Assembly: GCA_031364845.1 (NCBI GenBank)
Contig: JANLWX010000018.1
Location: forward strand, 12,265-76,264
Direction: 5' to 3'
DNA length: 64,000 nt
DNA from: Candidatus Eiseniibacteriota bacterium
Lineage (GTDB): Bacteria > Eisenbacteria > RBG-16-71-46
Positions 1 to 10,402 of the stretch are shown here, in pieces (position 1 is the stretch's first letter; every line of letters starts with the position of its first letter). Under the pieces are notes generated by a model, which worked only from the letters and a program-made list of their open reading frames with translations, was not told the DNA's origin and searched no databases. A program made the translations under genes and the position numbers.

Positions 1-520
1 GTCGGACGTGATGGCGTGGGCCGAGTGCTTCTTCTTCACGTCCGCGAACACTTTGACGTGCTCGGCATCGAGTAGATCGCGATAGCGCAGCAGCGGCCCC
101 GCGTCGCTTTCGATGATGCCCTCGTCGGCGACGTGCGCGAACACGTAGCCCTCGACGCGCACGAAGCACGCGCCGCACGCGAGCGCGACCGCGACCGCCT
201 CACGATTGGCGCCCGCCAGCACCTGCACGCCGAGCGGCAGAGACACGGCGCGGCGTACTTCATAACCGACGACCGCCATCGATGCGACAGTCTCGGGACC
301 GACCGCACTCTTCAGATAAGGACGATCGTGCATGTTCTCGATCATGAGCGCGTGGAATCCGGCGTCGCGATAGATCCCGGCTTCCTCGACCGCGCGGGCG
401 ATGATGGCGTCCAGATTCTGGCGGTGCCGCGGACTGCCGGGCAGCGCACCCAGGTGCAGCATGCCGATCAGGGCGCGCGGAGCGCCGAACAGCGAGAAGG
501 TGAGGCGTGGATGGTCCATG
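1..520 (-). CDS. BtpA/SgcQ-family TIM-barrel protein, 3' end cut by window edge
   Basis: Minus-strand ATG at 520 opens a frame running off the window start. Own translation MDHPRLTFSLFGAPRALIGMLHLGALPGSPRH...MIENMHDRPY resembles the BtpA family N-terminus. Absent from the ORF track because there is no stop inside the window. Confidence 0.55.
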
Positions 521-652
521 GCGTGGAGGCTAACCCGCGGCGCAGTGGAGGCGCCACTGCGGGTCATCGGGTCATTCAATCGACAGGACACTAAGGGTTG
601 TCGAGTGTTGAGAAGCTGCCCGGTGGCACGGGTGCATCATGAACGTGAAGGA

Positions 653-3409
653 TCAGCGTGCGAGTACCACACGACCGACAGCGCTCACGCCGCGTGCCGT
701 GTATCGGACAAAGTACACGCCCGCCGCCACTCGGCCCCCCGCCCCTCTTCCGTCCCATGTCGCCAGGTAGCGTCCCGGCCGACGCACACCCTCCGCGAGC
801 ACAGCGACGAGGCGCCCCTGTACGTCAGTAACACTGAGCCGTACCGGGGTCTCCCGTGGCACGCCGAACTCGACCTGCACTGAGCCCCTGCTCGGGCTCG
901 GCGACACTGGTCCGAGCATGAAAGCGATCACGGCCGAACCCGTCACGACAGATAGCGGGCCGAATGTCACCACGTCGCCATCTGGCGAAGCCACGAGTCG
1001 ATAATAGTAAGTGCGGCCCGACTCGATGTTTCGATCAAGCAGGATGGTGGTTTCGCCTTCGACTCGAGGCTGGTCGTTCACCACGTTCCACGGACCGGTA
1101 TCGCTCTCGCTCCGCTCGAGATGCGCGGCAGCGATCTGCCCCGCGACGCCGAATTGCCAGCGCACCTCGACACCTTCACTCGTCCAACGGGCTTCGAAGA
1201 GAGAAAGTACCAGTGCAGTTGTCTCACTTCCGACATTCAGCAGTACCGAGACCGTACTGGAGAGACCGTTCGTCGTGGCCAGGTCCGGCTTCCCGTCATC
1301 GTTCAGATCCCCGATCACTACGGAGTTGGGAAAGCCCCCCGTCCCATGTTCGTAGTCGCCTTTGGGCCCAAACGTTCCATCCCCTTTCCCGCGCAACACA
1401 GAGACGGTGTTGGATCCCGAATTCGCCACGACCACGTCCGAATTTCCGTCACCGTTCAGGTCGCCGACGGCCAGAGAGAGAGGATCGAGCCCGGTTTCAT
1501 ATTCGCCGCGCTCCGGCCCGAACGTTCCATCCCCATTACCGAGCCGCACCCTGACCGTATTGCTGTAATAGTTGGCAACGATCAGGTCCGGCTTCAGGTC
1601 TCCGTTCAGGTCTCCGATTGCCACGGAGACTGGAGACCCTGATGTTGGGTAGTCCCTTGTCGGACCGAACGTCCCATCCCCGTAGCCGATCAGCACTGAG
1701 ACCGTGTGGGCGTCCCTGTTCGCCACCGCCAGATCTGGCTTCTCGTCGCCGTTCAGATCCCCGATCACCACGGAGATCGAATAGCTCATTGTCGCGTAGT
1801 CCGCTTTCGGCCCGAACGTCCCATCTCCGTGACCCAGCAGCACCGAGATTGTTCCGGTCGAAATCGTCACGACCAGGTCCAGCTTGCCATCGCCGTTCAG
1901 ATCCCCGATCGCGACGGAAGTGGGTTGGTGCCCAGCTTCGCAGTTACTTGGCGGCCCGAACGTCCCGTTGCCGTTGCCCCACAGGATCGAGACCTTGTCG
2001 GAACTCGCGACCGCCAGGTCCGGCTTCCCATCGCCGTTCAGATCACCGATCGCTACGGAGTTGGAGTAGCCCCCCGTGGCGTAGTCAACCTTCGGCCCGA
2101 ACGTCCCGTCGCCGACTCCCAGCAGCACCGAGACCGTCCTCACGACGTCATTCGCCACCGCCAGATCCTGCTTGCCGTCTCCGTTCAGATCCCCGATCGC
2201 CACGGACTGCGGGTCTGCCCCCGCGGCGTAATCGCTCCTCGCCCCGAACGTTCCATCCCCGTTTCCCAGCAGGGACGACACCGTCTGAGAGAGGTTATTC
2301 GCTGTCGCCAGGTCCGGCTTGCCGTCCCCATTCAAATCACCGATCGCCATGGAGCGGGGCTGGCTTCCCGTGTTGTAATCGCTCTTCGGCGCAAACGTTC
2401 CATCCCCGTTCCCTAGCAATACCGACACGGTGCTGAAAGAGTGGTTCGCCGTCGCCAAATCCAAATTTCCATCCCCGCTCAGATCACCGATCACAACGGA
2501 GAAAGGATTACCCCCCGTCGCGTAGTCGCTCTTGGGTGCGAGTGTCCCGTCACCATTCCCCAGTAGCACCGACACCGTATTGATATTGGAGCCACCGTTC
2601 GCCACCGCCACGTCAAGCTCCCCGTCGGCGTTCAGATCCGCGATCGCTACCGAGTTGGGTTCCACACCAACCGCGTAATCGCTCTTCGGCGCGAACGTCC
2701 CGTCTCCGTTTCCCGGCAGCACTGAAACCGTATTGGAGCCGAGATTCGCCGCAACCAGATCCGGCTTCCCGTCTCCGTCTAGATCCGCGATCGCCACGGC
2801 GCTGGCCGTGCTGTCTGTCACATAGTTGCTCCCCGCCCCGAACTTCCCGTCCCCCTTCCCGAGCATTACCGAGACCGTGTTTCGCCCATAGCCCGGATTC
2901 GCCACGGCGAGATCCGGCTTCTCGTCGCCGTTCAGATCTCCGATCACCACGTTGAAAGGACCACCCCCCTGCCAATATGCAGTCGGCCGACCGAACGTCC
3001 CGTCCCCGTTGCCTAGTAGCAACGTGACCGAGTCTCCGGTCCCCACCGCTAGGTCCGGCTTCCGATCCCCGTTCAAGTCTCCGATCGCCACGGACGAGAC
3101 GTAGTTCGCCATCGGGTAGTTCCTCATCGGCCCAAACGTGCCGTCCCCGTTCCCCAACCGCACCGAAACACTTCCGGAATTGTTTGGGGGGTCGGCGTTC
3201 GCCACCACCACGTCCGGCTTGCCGTCCCCGTTCAGATCCCCGATTGCCAAGGCGAAGGGGTAGCGCCCCGCGTCGAACGAGAGGAACGGTGCTGCGAAGA
3301 GCGGATCAGCCACAGCCGTCGACGGGCAGAGTGATCCCAGGACGAACGCGAGCGCGATCGAGGCGACAACGATTGCCCTCATGCAGAAGGACCGAGCCGA
3401 GAACTTCAT
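653..3409 (-). CDS. Secreted FG-GAP (integrin-alpha-like) repeat protein, ~13 Ca-binding DxNxDGxxD repeats, FN3-like domain and T9SS-type C-terminal sorting domain
   Basis: 921-aa ORF; signal peptide MKFSARSFCMRAIVVASIALAFVLG. Repeated GDLNGDGKPDL motifs every ~60 aa. C-terminus ...AGVYFVRYTARGVSAVGRVVLAR is typical of Por/T9SS CTDs. The ATG at 3409 with a GAGGTG RBS is preferred over the GTG at 3418. Confidence 0.8.
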   Translation of the reverse strand: MKFSARSFCMRAIVVASIALAFVLGSLCPSTAVADPLFAAPFLSFDAGRYPFALAIGDLNGDGKPDVVVANADPPNNSGSVSVRLGNGDGTFGPMRNYPMANYVSSVAIGDLNGDRKPDLAVGTGDSVTLLLGNGDGTFGRPTAYWQGGGPFNVVIGDLNGDEKPDLAVANPGYGRNTVSVMLGKGDGKFGAGSNYVTDSTASAVAIADLDGDGKPDLVAANLGSNTVSVLPGNGDGTFAPKSDYAVGVEPNSVAIADLNADGELDVAVANGGSNINTVSVLLGNGDGTLAPKSDYATGGNPFSVVIGDLSGDGNLDLATANHSFSTVSVLLGNGDGTFAPKSDYNTGSQPRSMAIGDLNGDGKPDLATANNLSQTVSSLLGNGDGTFGARSDYAAGADPQSVAIGDLNGDGKQDLAVANDVVRTVSVLLGVGDGTFGPKVDYATGGYSNSVAIGDLNGDGKPDLAVASSDKVSILWGNGNGTFGPPSNCEAGHQPTSVAIGDLNGDGKLDLVVTISTGTISVLLGHGDGTFGPKADYATMSYSISVVIGDLNGDEKPDLAVANRDAHTVSVLIGYGDGTFGPTRDYPTSGSPVSVAIGDLNGDLKPDLIVANYYSNTVRVRLGNGDGTFGPERGEYETGLDPLSLAVGDLNGDGNSDVVVANSGSNTVSVLRGKGDGTFGPKGDYEHGTGGFPNSVVIGDLNDDGKPDLATTNGLSSTVSVLLNVGSETTALVLSLFEARWTSEGVEVRWQFGVAGQIAAAHLERSESDTGPWNVVNDQPRVEGETTILLDRNIESGRTYYYRLVASPDGDVVTFGPLSVVTGSAVIAFMLGPVSPSPSRGSVQVEFGVPRETPVRLSVTDVQGRLVAVLAEGVRRPGRYLATWDGRGAGGRVAAGVYFVRYTARGVSAVGRVVLAR

Positions 3410-3567
3410 CGTAGGCACCTCGGGGGCAGGAGGGCATCCAGGCGGGAAAGCGTGTCCTCATCGCTTCTACGGTGGGTGAGGCAGAGTGAAGAATTTCCCC
3501 GTACGCGACGAAGCATAGCACCCTCCGGGGGGGCAAAAACACGATGGATGGCCCCGCCAGCGAAGTC

Positions 3568-5358
3568 CTACGCCCACCACTCTTCCACCGCGCTCACGAC
3601 CTCGGGCAGGTTCTCGACGGGGTCGGGATAACCCTGCTTCCACGTCGCGTCGATTCCGAGCGGGCCGCGACAGGTGAGCCACGCGCCGCGCGTCTCGGTG
3701 GCGGCGGGGATGATGTCGCGCGCGCAATCGAAGCGCGTGAAGATGCCCCACAGCAGAAGCTCGTCGTCTTCGAGGGGCACGTCCGGGCTCACGGCGACAA
3801 TCAGCTTCACGGCCGCGTACTCGGGACGATGGATGAGCCGCTCGACGAGCGCGCGACCGTCGCCGTGGGTCTGCACGACGAGCATCGCACCCCACGCGAG
3901 GCGATGCGCCTTCGCGGTGTCGTCGAACGTGCGCGGGTCGGGAACATTCGACGGCACATCAGCGCCGCGGCCGCGCGCGGCAGCGGAGGGCACTACACCC
4001 GCGCTCCCGACGCTGCGATCCTTGGTCTGCGCGTCGATCACCATCTTGCTGCCGAGGTTCATCGTGTAGCTCGTGAAGTCGAGCGTGTCGAGCGGCACAT
4101 TCGCCAGCAGCATGAAGTCCTCGGCCGGATCGAAGTTTCGCGCGATCGCCTGGAACACGGCGGCGCGATCGCGCGGATTCACGTCCTCGTCGACCAGCAC
4201 GATCGCCTTGGTGAGCGAGAGCTGGCCGGTGCCCATGAGCCCGAGTGCGGTCTTCCTGCCTTCCTTCGCGAAGCGGTTCTCGACCGCGACCACGAGCAGA
4301 TTGTGGAAGCCGGCTTCGAAGTACGCCCACAGGTCGACCACTTCCGGATGGATCACGCGCAGGATGCCGGCGAAGAACTCCTGCACCGCCTCGCCCATGA
4401 ATTTGTCTTCCTGCGGAGGCTTGCCGACGATGCTCGCCTGGAACACAGGGCGGCGGCGATGCGTGACCGTGTGCACCTGGAATACCGGGAAGGGTGCGGC
4501 GTGCGAGTAGTGTCCGAAGTGATCTCCGAACGGGCCTTCCTGCCGGCGCTGGTTCGGCGGGACGAAGCCTTCGATCACGAACTCGGCGTCGGCGAGCACG
4601 TCCATGCCGATCGTGCGCCCGCGCGTGAGCCGCGTGGGAGCGCCGCGCAGGAATCCGGCGAACGCCAGCTCGTCGATGCCTTCAGGCAGCGGCGACACCG
4701 CGGACAGCAACGTCGCGGGATCCGCGCCCACGTGCACGGCGACCTCGAGTCCTTCGCCGCGCTTCTCGGCGGCGTGATAGTGGAAGCCGCCGCCCTTTCC
4801 GATCTGCCAGTGCATGCCGGTGGTCTTCGCGTCGTAGACATGGATGCGATAGATCCCGAGATTGCGCTTGTGCGTTTCGGGGTGTTCGGTGACGACCAGC
4901 GGGAACGTGATGAACCGCCCGCCGTCGTGGGGCCACAGCTTGAGGATCGGCAGCGGATCGAGATCCGCGCCGAGCGTTCCCTCCTGCGACGGCGCTCGCC
5001 CGACATGCGCGGGACGCATCGCGAGCATGCGGCCGGCGCTCGGACGCAGCTTCAGCAGGTCGGCGAGTGCGCGGGGCGGCACCGCGTGCAGGATCTCTTC
5101 GAGCTCGGCACCGACCGAACCCGGCGTGCGGCCAATCGCCCACTCGATGCGCCGCCGTGCCGCGAGCACGTTGACCGCGAGCGGGAAGCGAGCGCCGCGC
5201 ACGTTTTCGAACAGCAGGGCGGGGCCTTCGAGCTTCGCTTCGCGGCACGCGATCTCGGTGACTTCGTACGCCCAGTCGACCTCGCGCGTGATGCGCTTCA
5301 GATCGCCGCGTGCTTCGAGGTGGTCGAGAAACGCCGACAGTGTTCGGAAACCGGTCAC
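3568..5358 (-). CDS. ubiD: UbiD-family prenylated-FMN-dependent decarboxylase (MqnM/UbiD-like)
   Basis: 596 aa; N-terminus MTGFRTLSAFLDHLEARGDLKRI and the overall length are typical of UbiD. GTG start overlaps the ubiX stop (GTGA). Confidence 0.85.
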   Translation of the reverse strand: MTGFRTLSAFLDHLEARGDLKRITREVDWAYEVTEIACREAKLEGPALLFENVRGARFPLAVNVLAARRRIEWAIGRTPGSVGAELEEILHAVPPRALADLLKLRPSAGRMLAMRPAHVGRAPSQEGTLGADLDPLPILKLWPHDGGRFITFPLVVTEHPETHKRNLGIYRIHVYDAKTTGMHWQIGKGGGFHYHAAEKRGEGLEVAVHVGADPATLLSAVSPLPEGIDELAFAGFLRGAPTRLTRGRTIGMDVLADAEFVIEGFVPPNQRRQEGPFGDHFGHYSHAAPFPVFQVHTVTHRRRPVFQASIVGKPPQEDKFMGEAVQEFFAGILRVIHPEVVDLWAYFEAGFHNLLVVAVENRFAKEGRKTALGLMGTGQLSLTKAIVLVDEDVNPRDRAAVFQAIARNFDPAEDFMLLANVPLDTLDFTSYTMNLGSKMVIDAQTKDRSVGSAGVVPSAAARGRGADVPSNVPDPRTFDDTAKAHRLAWGAMLVVQTHGDGRALVERLIHRPEYAAVKLIVAVSPDVPLEDDELLLWGIFTRFDCARDIIPAATETRGAWLTCRGPLGIDATWKQGYPDPVENLPEVVSAVEEWWA

Positions 5359-5909
5359 TCGAGATCGTCCTCGCGCCAGCCTTCGCTGGCGCTCTCACCG
5401 AGCAGGCCCAAGAGTTTGTCCGTGAACCCTGCGACGACCTGATCGACGGATTGCGGATTCATGTACCACGGCGGCGAGACCGGCATGATCACCACGCCTT
5501 CACGCGACAGTGTGACCGCGTTGTTCAGTGCGATCGTCGAGAGCGGCGTCTCTCGCACGCACAGCACCATGCGCATGCGTTCCTTAAGCGCGACCGCGGC
5601 GGCGCGCGTGATGAGCGTGTCGGCGATCCCGACGGCGATCTTTGCGAGCGTCGAAACGCTGCACGGTACGATCACGAACGCGTCGTATCGATTGGAGCCC
5701 GAGGCGAACGGTGCCGCGAGGTCCGTATCCTGGAACGTGCGTTTCACGTGCGGCTCGAGGTCGGACGACTTGAGCCCGGTCTCGGCCTGGAGCACGTGCC
5801 GCGCCCAGTCGGACATCACGAGAAATTTCTCCCCCGGACAGCGCCGGACGAAGTCCACGCCGAACGCGGAGCCCGAGGCGCCGGTCATCCCGATCAGGTA
5901 ACGCTTCAC
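5355..5909 (-). CDS. ubiX: UbiX/Pad1-family flavin prenyltransferase (MqnL-like)
   Basis: Carries the conserved VKRYLIGMTGASGSAFGV motif. GTG start at 5909 with a GGAAGGA RBS. The ORF-track start at 5996 would overlap ubiA. Confidence 0.85.
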   Translation of the reverse strand: MKRYLIGMTGASGSAFGVDFVRRCPGEKFLVMSDWARHVLQAETGLKSSDLEPHVKRTFQDTDLAAPFASGSNRYDAFVIVPCSVSTLAKIAVGIADTLITRAAAVALKERMRMVLCVRETPLSTIALNNAVTLSREGVVIMPVSPPWYMNPQSVDQVVAGFTDKLLGLLGESASEGWREDDLE

Positions 5910-5940
5910 AGGTATTCCTTCCGCATCATCGAGGCGCGGC

Positions 5941-6876
5941 TCACGAGAACCCACCCGCGCTGCGGGCGGCGAGCACGATCGCGAGCACCACGGCACCCAC
6001 CCACACGTTCACCTTGAAGAACGCGAGGTTCACGTTCTCGGCCCAGCGTTGTTCGAGGAACAACAGCACCCCCGCGACCGCGAGCAGGATGCCGGTTGCG
6101 ATCTGCGCCGCGACGGCGGCTCCCAAACCCGAGACATCTGCGACGGTCTGCGGAGTCGCGACGCGAAGCACGGCGAGGGCCGCCCCGACCAGGCAAGCGA
6201 ACGCCGCAAGGTGGAGCACCGCGGACAGCCGCAACGCGCGGTCGCGGCCGAGCCACGCCGCCATCGAATGCACGTGGTGCTCGCGGTCGAACGACTCATC
6301 GAGCGTGGCGTAGATGATGTCGAACCCGCTCACCCACAAGAGCGCGAACGCCGCGAGCCACAGCGCGGGAACGATCGCGCCGAGATCCGGATGCGCGGCT
6401 GCGAAGCCCGCGAGCGGTGCGAGTGCGAGTGCGACGCCGACTCCGAAGTGGCACAGCGGCGTGAAGCGCTTGAGGTAGGGATAGAGCGCGAACACCGCGA
6501 GCGGCACCGGCGAGACGAGGAGGTACCAGCGGCCGAGCAGAGCACACGCCGCGAGATAAGCGGCGATGCTCACCAGCAGCAGCGTCACCGCTTCTGCGAG
6601 TTTCATCGCACCCGCCGGCAGCTCGCGAACCCGAGTGCGCGGATTGAGCGCATCGAGCCGGCGATCGACGAGCCGGTTGAGCGCCATCGCCGCAGTACGC
6701 GCCGCGACCGCCGCGACCGCGATCAGCGCCCAGCGGCTCACGCTCATCGCGCGGCCCGGCGCCGAGAAGATGCCGGCGAGAATCAGCGGCAGCGAGAACA
6801 ACGTGTGCTCGAAGCGCACGAACGACGCATACGTGCGCATCCGTCCGCGGGCCACCGGGATCGACGCGGTCGTCAT
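5941..6876 (-). CDS. UbiA-family aromatic prenyltransferase (MqnP/UbiA/MenA-like)
   Basis: 311-aa polytopic membrane protein with UbiA-family features (NRLVDRRLDALNPRT, DIIYATLD). Start ATG overlaps the stop of the upstream VKOR gene. Confidence 0.8.
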   Translation of the reverse strand: MTTASIPVARGRMRTYASFVRFEHTLFSLPLILAGIFSAPGRAMSVSRWALIAVAAVAARTAAMALNRLVDRRLDALNPRTRVRELPAGAMKLAEAVTLLLVSIAAYLAACALLGRWYLLVSPVPLAVFALYPYLKRFTPLCHFGVGVALALAPLAGFAAAHPDLGAIVPALWLAAFALLWVSGFDIIYATLDESFDREHHVHSMAAWLGRDRALRLSAVLHLAAFACLVGAALAVLRVATPQTVADVSGLGAAVAAQIATGILLAVAGVLLFLEQRWAENVNLAFFKVNVWVGAVVLAIVLAARSAGGFS

Positions 6877-8126
6877 CGGGCGGCCGGTGCGTTACGGAGC
6901 ATTGCGAGCACGACGTTGCGCAGCATTTGCGGATACACGCCGCCGCGGCGCGCGTGGCCGTTGATGACGATCGAAGGCACGCCGAGCAGCCGCATGTCGG
7001 TCGCGAGGGCGACGTCCTTGTCGAGCTCCGCCCTGCCCGCTCCGCGTTCGACGCACGCCTGGAACCGCGGCACGTCGAGATGGAGTTCGCCCAGATGGCG
7101 CGTCACGTTAGCCTTGGTGACGTCGGGGTGGGAAAGCGTATGGAACAGATAGTCGTGGTACTCCCAGAATTTCCCCTGCTCTGCCGCACACTCGCCGACC
7201 TCCGCAAGCCAGCATGCATCCACGTGCTGGTCGTGCTCCATCTTGGGATTGCACTGTGAACTCACGGGCGCGTTCAGGAACACGACGCGAACCTGGTCGG
7301 GCAGCTGGCGGCGCAACTTCTCGATGTGACCGGACAGCGCGCGGCAGTAGTGGCACTGGAAGTCGCTCGCTACCACGATCGTGACCGGCGCGGTGGCGGG
7401 CCCGCGCGACGGCTGGCCCTCGAAGCGGGCCATGTCGATCAGCGGCGGCTGCTCGAGCTGTGCGAGGAACTCGTCGGTCTCCTCCTGCGCGAGAATCTTC
7501 ACGTCTTCGAGCGATCGATAGGTCATGAACACTGCCGTGCCGATTCCTGCGAGGACCAGGAACGCCGTCAGGAGCTTCGGAACGAGCGGCCCCGGCGAGA
7601 GGAACAGGCTGCGCCGGTCGCCCGGAGTCTTCGTGCGGCCATCGATCCACCAGAACAATCCCGCGAGCAATAGATTGATGCCGTAGGACGCCGCGCAGCC
7701 GAGGCACACGGTGCCGATGCGCGCGACCATCACCCACGCGAGGTACGCGTCGAACACCAGCGCCACACACGCCACCAACATTCCCAGTGAAGCCGCCGCC
7801 GCGCGCTCGGCCGGCCGGAACCACAGCGTCGCCAGCGCGAGTCCGCTCATGACGATGTAGAACACGAGGCCCCACAGGGCGACCGGGTAGCCGAGCATCG
7901 TCGAATGTTCGCTCGCCGCCACCGCGTTGCAGTCGAACGCCGCGCCACCGCTGCACAGCAATCCCTCGGCGAGTCCGCCTTCGGTGACCGTGATGTATTC
8001 GCGGAGCAGGAAGATCGCGATCGCGGCACCGCCGAGCGCGACGATCAGCGCGAGCACGGAGGCGATCGGCGTGCGCGGAGCCGCGGGAGTTGCGGTGGCG
8101 GCAGTGTTCGGAAGTTCTCGGGTCAT
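6873..8126 (-). CDS. Vitamin K epoxide reductase (VKOR) domain fused to DsbA/thioredoxin-like domain
   Basis: N-terminal TM domain with a loop Cys pair (CSGGAAFDC) and a CLGC active-site CXXC. C-terminal Trx-fold with FQCHYC. Start taken at the internal ATG 8126 (MTRELPNT). Confidence 0.75.
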   Translation of the reverse strand: MTRELPNTAATATPAAPRTPIASVLALIVALGGAAIAIFLLREYITVTEGGLAEGLLCSGGAAFDCNAVAASEHSTMLGYPVALWGLVFYIVMSGLALATLWFRPAERAAAASLGMLVACVALVFDAYLAWVMVARIGTVCLGCAASYGINLLLAGLFWWIDGRTKTPGDRRSLFLSPGPLVPKLLTAFLVLAGIGTAVFMTYRSLEDVKILAQEETDEFLAQLEQPPLIDMARFEGQPSRGPATAPVTIVVASDFQCHYCRALSGHIEKLRRQLPDQVRVVFLNAPVSSQCNPKMEHDQHVDACWLAEVGECAAEQGKFWEYHDYLFHTLSHPDVTKANVTRHLGELHLDVPRFQACVERGAGRAELDKDVALATDMRLLGVPSIVINGHARRGGVYPQMLRNVVLAMLRNAPAAR

Positions 8127-8202
8127 CGAACGCGTCTCCTGATCATCCATGAATCGCGAGTGCGGGCCTGCCGTGCGTGTCTGAGGCCGCGATCGAAAAG
8201 CA

Positions 8203-9000
8203 TCATCGGCGCACACCCCACACCAGCGTCGTCGCGCCGAGGCGATTCACGAGCGGCAGTGATTCCGCCACGGTTTCGAGCACACGCCCCACCGGCAGCA
8301 ACGAATCCGGCAATGTCTTGAACACCCACATGAACTGACGCGCCCCGCGCACTTCGAAGCCCGCGGTGGCGAGGCCCGAGACCAGATCATGAGCCGTGAT
8401 CGGATGATGATACCGATACGGGTGGTAGGTCGAGGAATCGTCCTGAGCTTCGGGATAGCACGAGGACGGCAACATTCGCCGCAGCGCGGGCCAGCGTGTC
8501 GCGAGCACCTTCACCTGCTCGATCGGCGAATGCGCGTTCGGCGTCGAGATCGCGATGGTTCCGCCCGGCTTGATCACGCGGGCGGCTTCGCGCAGCACCT
8601 GCGCGCGATCCGGCCGGAACACGTGCTCCATCATTTCCACCGACACGATCGCGTCGAACGCGCGATCCGGAAACGGCAGCGCCTTGGCATTGCCCTGGAC
8701 CAGCGCGAAGCCGCGGTCGTCATTGAAATGGCGCTGCGCCCATTGGAGCTGATCGAGGCCGAGATCGATCCCGGTGATGCGCGCACCCATCTTCGACGCC
8801 CACATGGGCCCGAACGCCCAGCCCGGTCCCAGGTCGAGCACCCGGTCGCCGCGCTCGAATCCGCTGCGTTCGAAAACCTCACGAATTCGCCGGACGATCA
8901 TGTGTCGCTTGGTCGCCGAGGCCAGATACCAGTGTTCGACCAGGTAGGGTAACGATTCGCGATCGCGGACCGTGATCTCGGGAGGAGCGCCGAGCTTCAT
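8203..9000 (-). CDS. Class I SAM-dependent methyltransferase (possible quinone C-methyltransferase)
   Basis: VLDLGPGWAF...ITGIDLG...FDAIVSVEMMEHV Rossmann/SAM motifs. Start at the internal ATG 9000, overlapping the stop of the upstream EamA gene by 4 nt. The N-terminal part of the track ORF is antisense overlap. Confidence 0.7.
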   Translation of the reverse strand: MKLGAPPEITVRDRESLPYLVEHWYLASATKRHMIVRRIREVFERSGFERGDRVLDLGPGWAFGPMWASKMGARITGIDLGLDQLQWAQRHFNDDRGFALVQGNAKALPFPDRAFDAIVSVEMMEHVFRPDRAQVLREAARVIKPGGTIAISTPNAHSPIEQVKVLATRWPALRRMLPSSCYPEAQDDSSTYHPYRYHHPITAHDLVSGLATAGFEVRGARQFMWVFKTLPDSLLPVGRVLETVAESLPLVNRLGATTLVWGVRR

Positions 9001-9905
9001 GTGGCAACCGCGCGCGCGCGAAGCGATTCCGACTGCGTGAGCCAGACTCCGGCGAGCACCAGCACGGTCGACACCACGAATCCCGCGGGCAGCGGTTCGC
9101 GCAGGAACATCCACGCCATCGCGACGGTGAACAGCGGCTGGAGGTTGGTCATGATCGCGACCGAGGCTGGCTTGAGGTGCTCGAGCCCCCAGAACCAGAT
9201 CACGTAATTGAGCGCCGAGGTCAGCCAGGCGAGGTACAGCAGGCCGCTCCATGCGGGCGCCGAGATTCGTGCCGGGTGAAACTGCAGCAGGCTCACGAGG
9301 CCGATCGGCAGGAATGCGATCGTGCCGGCGAGCATGGCCTGGGCGGTGACGACCAGCGATCCGTAGCGGCGGGTCACGGTCCGGCCGAGCACGAGGTAGA
9401 GCGCCCACGTGACGACGGCGAGCAGGATGACGAGGTCACCGCGCAACGATGCCGCCTCGAAGTGCAGGCCACGCTGCAGCAGAAGCGTGAGGACTCCCGC
9501 GAACGCAAGAGCGATCCCACCGATCGCAGCCGCTGTCGGGCGGGTCGAGGCCGAACTCATGCCGAAAAGGACCACGAACGCCGGCGTGAGCGCGTAGAGG
9601 AGTGCCGCGTGCGAAGCGCTCGACCATTGCATGCCGATCAGGAACAGTCCCTGGTTGAGCAGCACGCCCAGCAGCCCGAGCAACACGATGCGGGGCCGAT
9701 CGGCCCGCGCAATCCGGACTCCGGGCCGCAGGAAGCGCGCGACCGGCCACAGCACCAGCGTGGCGAGCACGAAACGGAACAGCGCGAGCGGAAGGGGAGG
9801 AAACTCGGCGAGCGTGCCCTTGGCGACGAGAAACGTGCCGCTCGCAATCATGACGTTCAGCAACAGCGCCGGATACAAGAGCGCCGGTGGCGAGGCGGAG
9901 TTCAT
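8997..9905 (-). CDS. EamA/DMT-family transporter
   Basis: 10-TM profile with duplicated EamA halves. Start taken at MNSASPP. Confidence 0.7.
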   Translation of the reverse strand: MNSASPPALLYPALLLNVMIASGTFLVAKGTLAEFPPLPLALFRFVLATLVLWPVARFLRPGVRIARADRPRIVLLGLLGVLLNQGLFLIGMQWSSASHAALLYALTPAFVVLFGMSSASTRPTAAAIGGIALAFAGVLTLLLQRGLHFEAASLRGDLVILLAVVTWALYLVLGRTVTRRYGSLVVTAQAMLAGTIAFLPIGLVSLLQFHPARISAPAWSGLLYLAWLTSALNYVIWFWGLEHLKPASVAIMTNLQPLFTVAMAWMFLREPLPAGFVVSTVLVLAGVWLTQSESLRARAVAT

Positions 9906-10402
9906 CACCTCCGCGGAAGCGGAGACGGATTCGGGTTGCGGGAGATGGGCATGGGTCACGCGCATGGACCCCGCACATTACAACGCCGCACGCGGGCAGC
10001 GCACTTCGCGGCCATGATCGACTGCTTATGTGCGCCGGCCCCGCGATGGATGTCGTGCGTGCTGTTCCAACTCCCCGACTGACAAGGTAGCGGTGGTGGA
10101 GTTGCTTCGGCCAATCGGCCCCCGATTGCGATCAACCTCCGCGAATCCGGTCCTCCGCTCCTTGCCCGTCGTGGTCGAGATCATGTGGATCTCGAAGACT
10201 CTCCATCGCAATGAGCGGACCAACCGCGTCGGTCGTCATGGACTCGCGCGAAAGGCCTGCAAACACACGCGCATGTCGGTGTTCGTGCGGACGAGTCGGG
10301 TGTTCGCCGACGGACTGGGTGTCCGTGGGGTTTCCACATCCGTCGCGGCGTTGACACTCGAGACAGAGAAATCACCCCCTGTGATTTCTCTGCTTGACGG
10401 AG

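Noticed and set aside
3544-5442. 632-aa plus-strand ORF
   Set aside because: Fully antisense to the well-supported ubiD/ubiX genes. Arg/Ala-rich composition is typical of spurious high-GC antisense frames.
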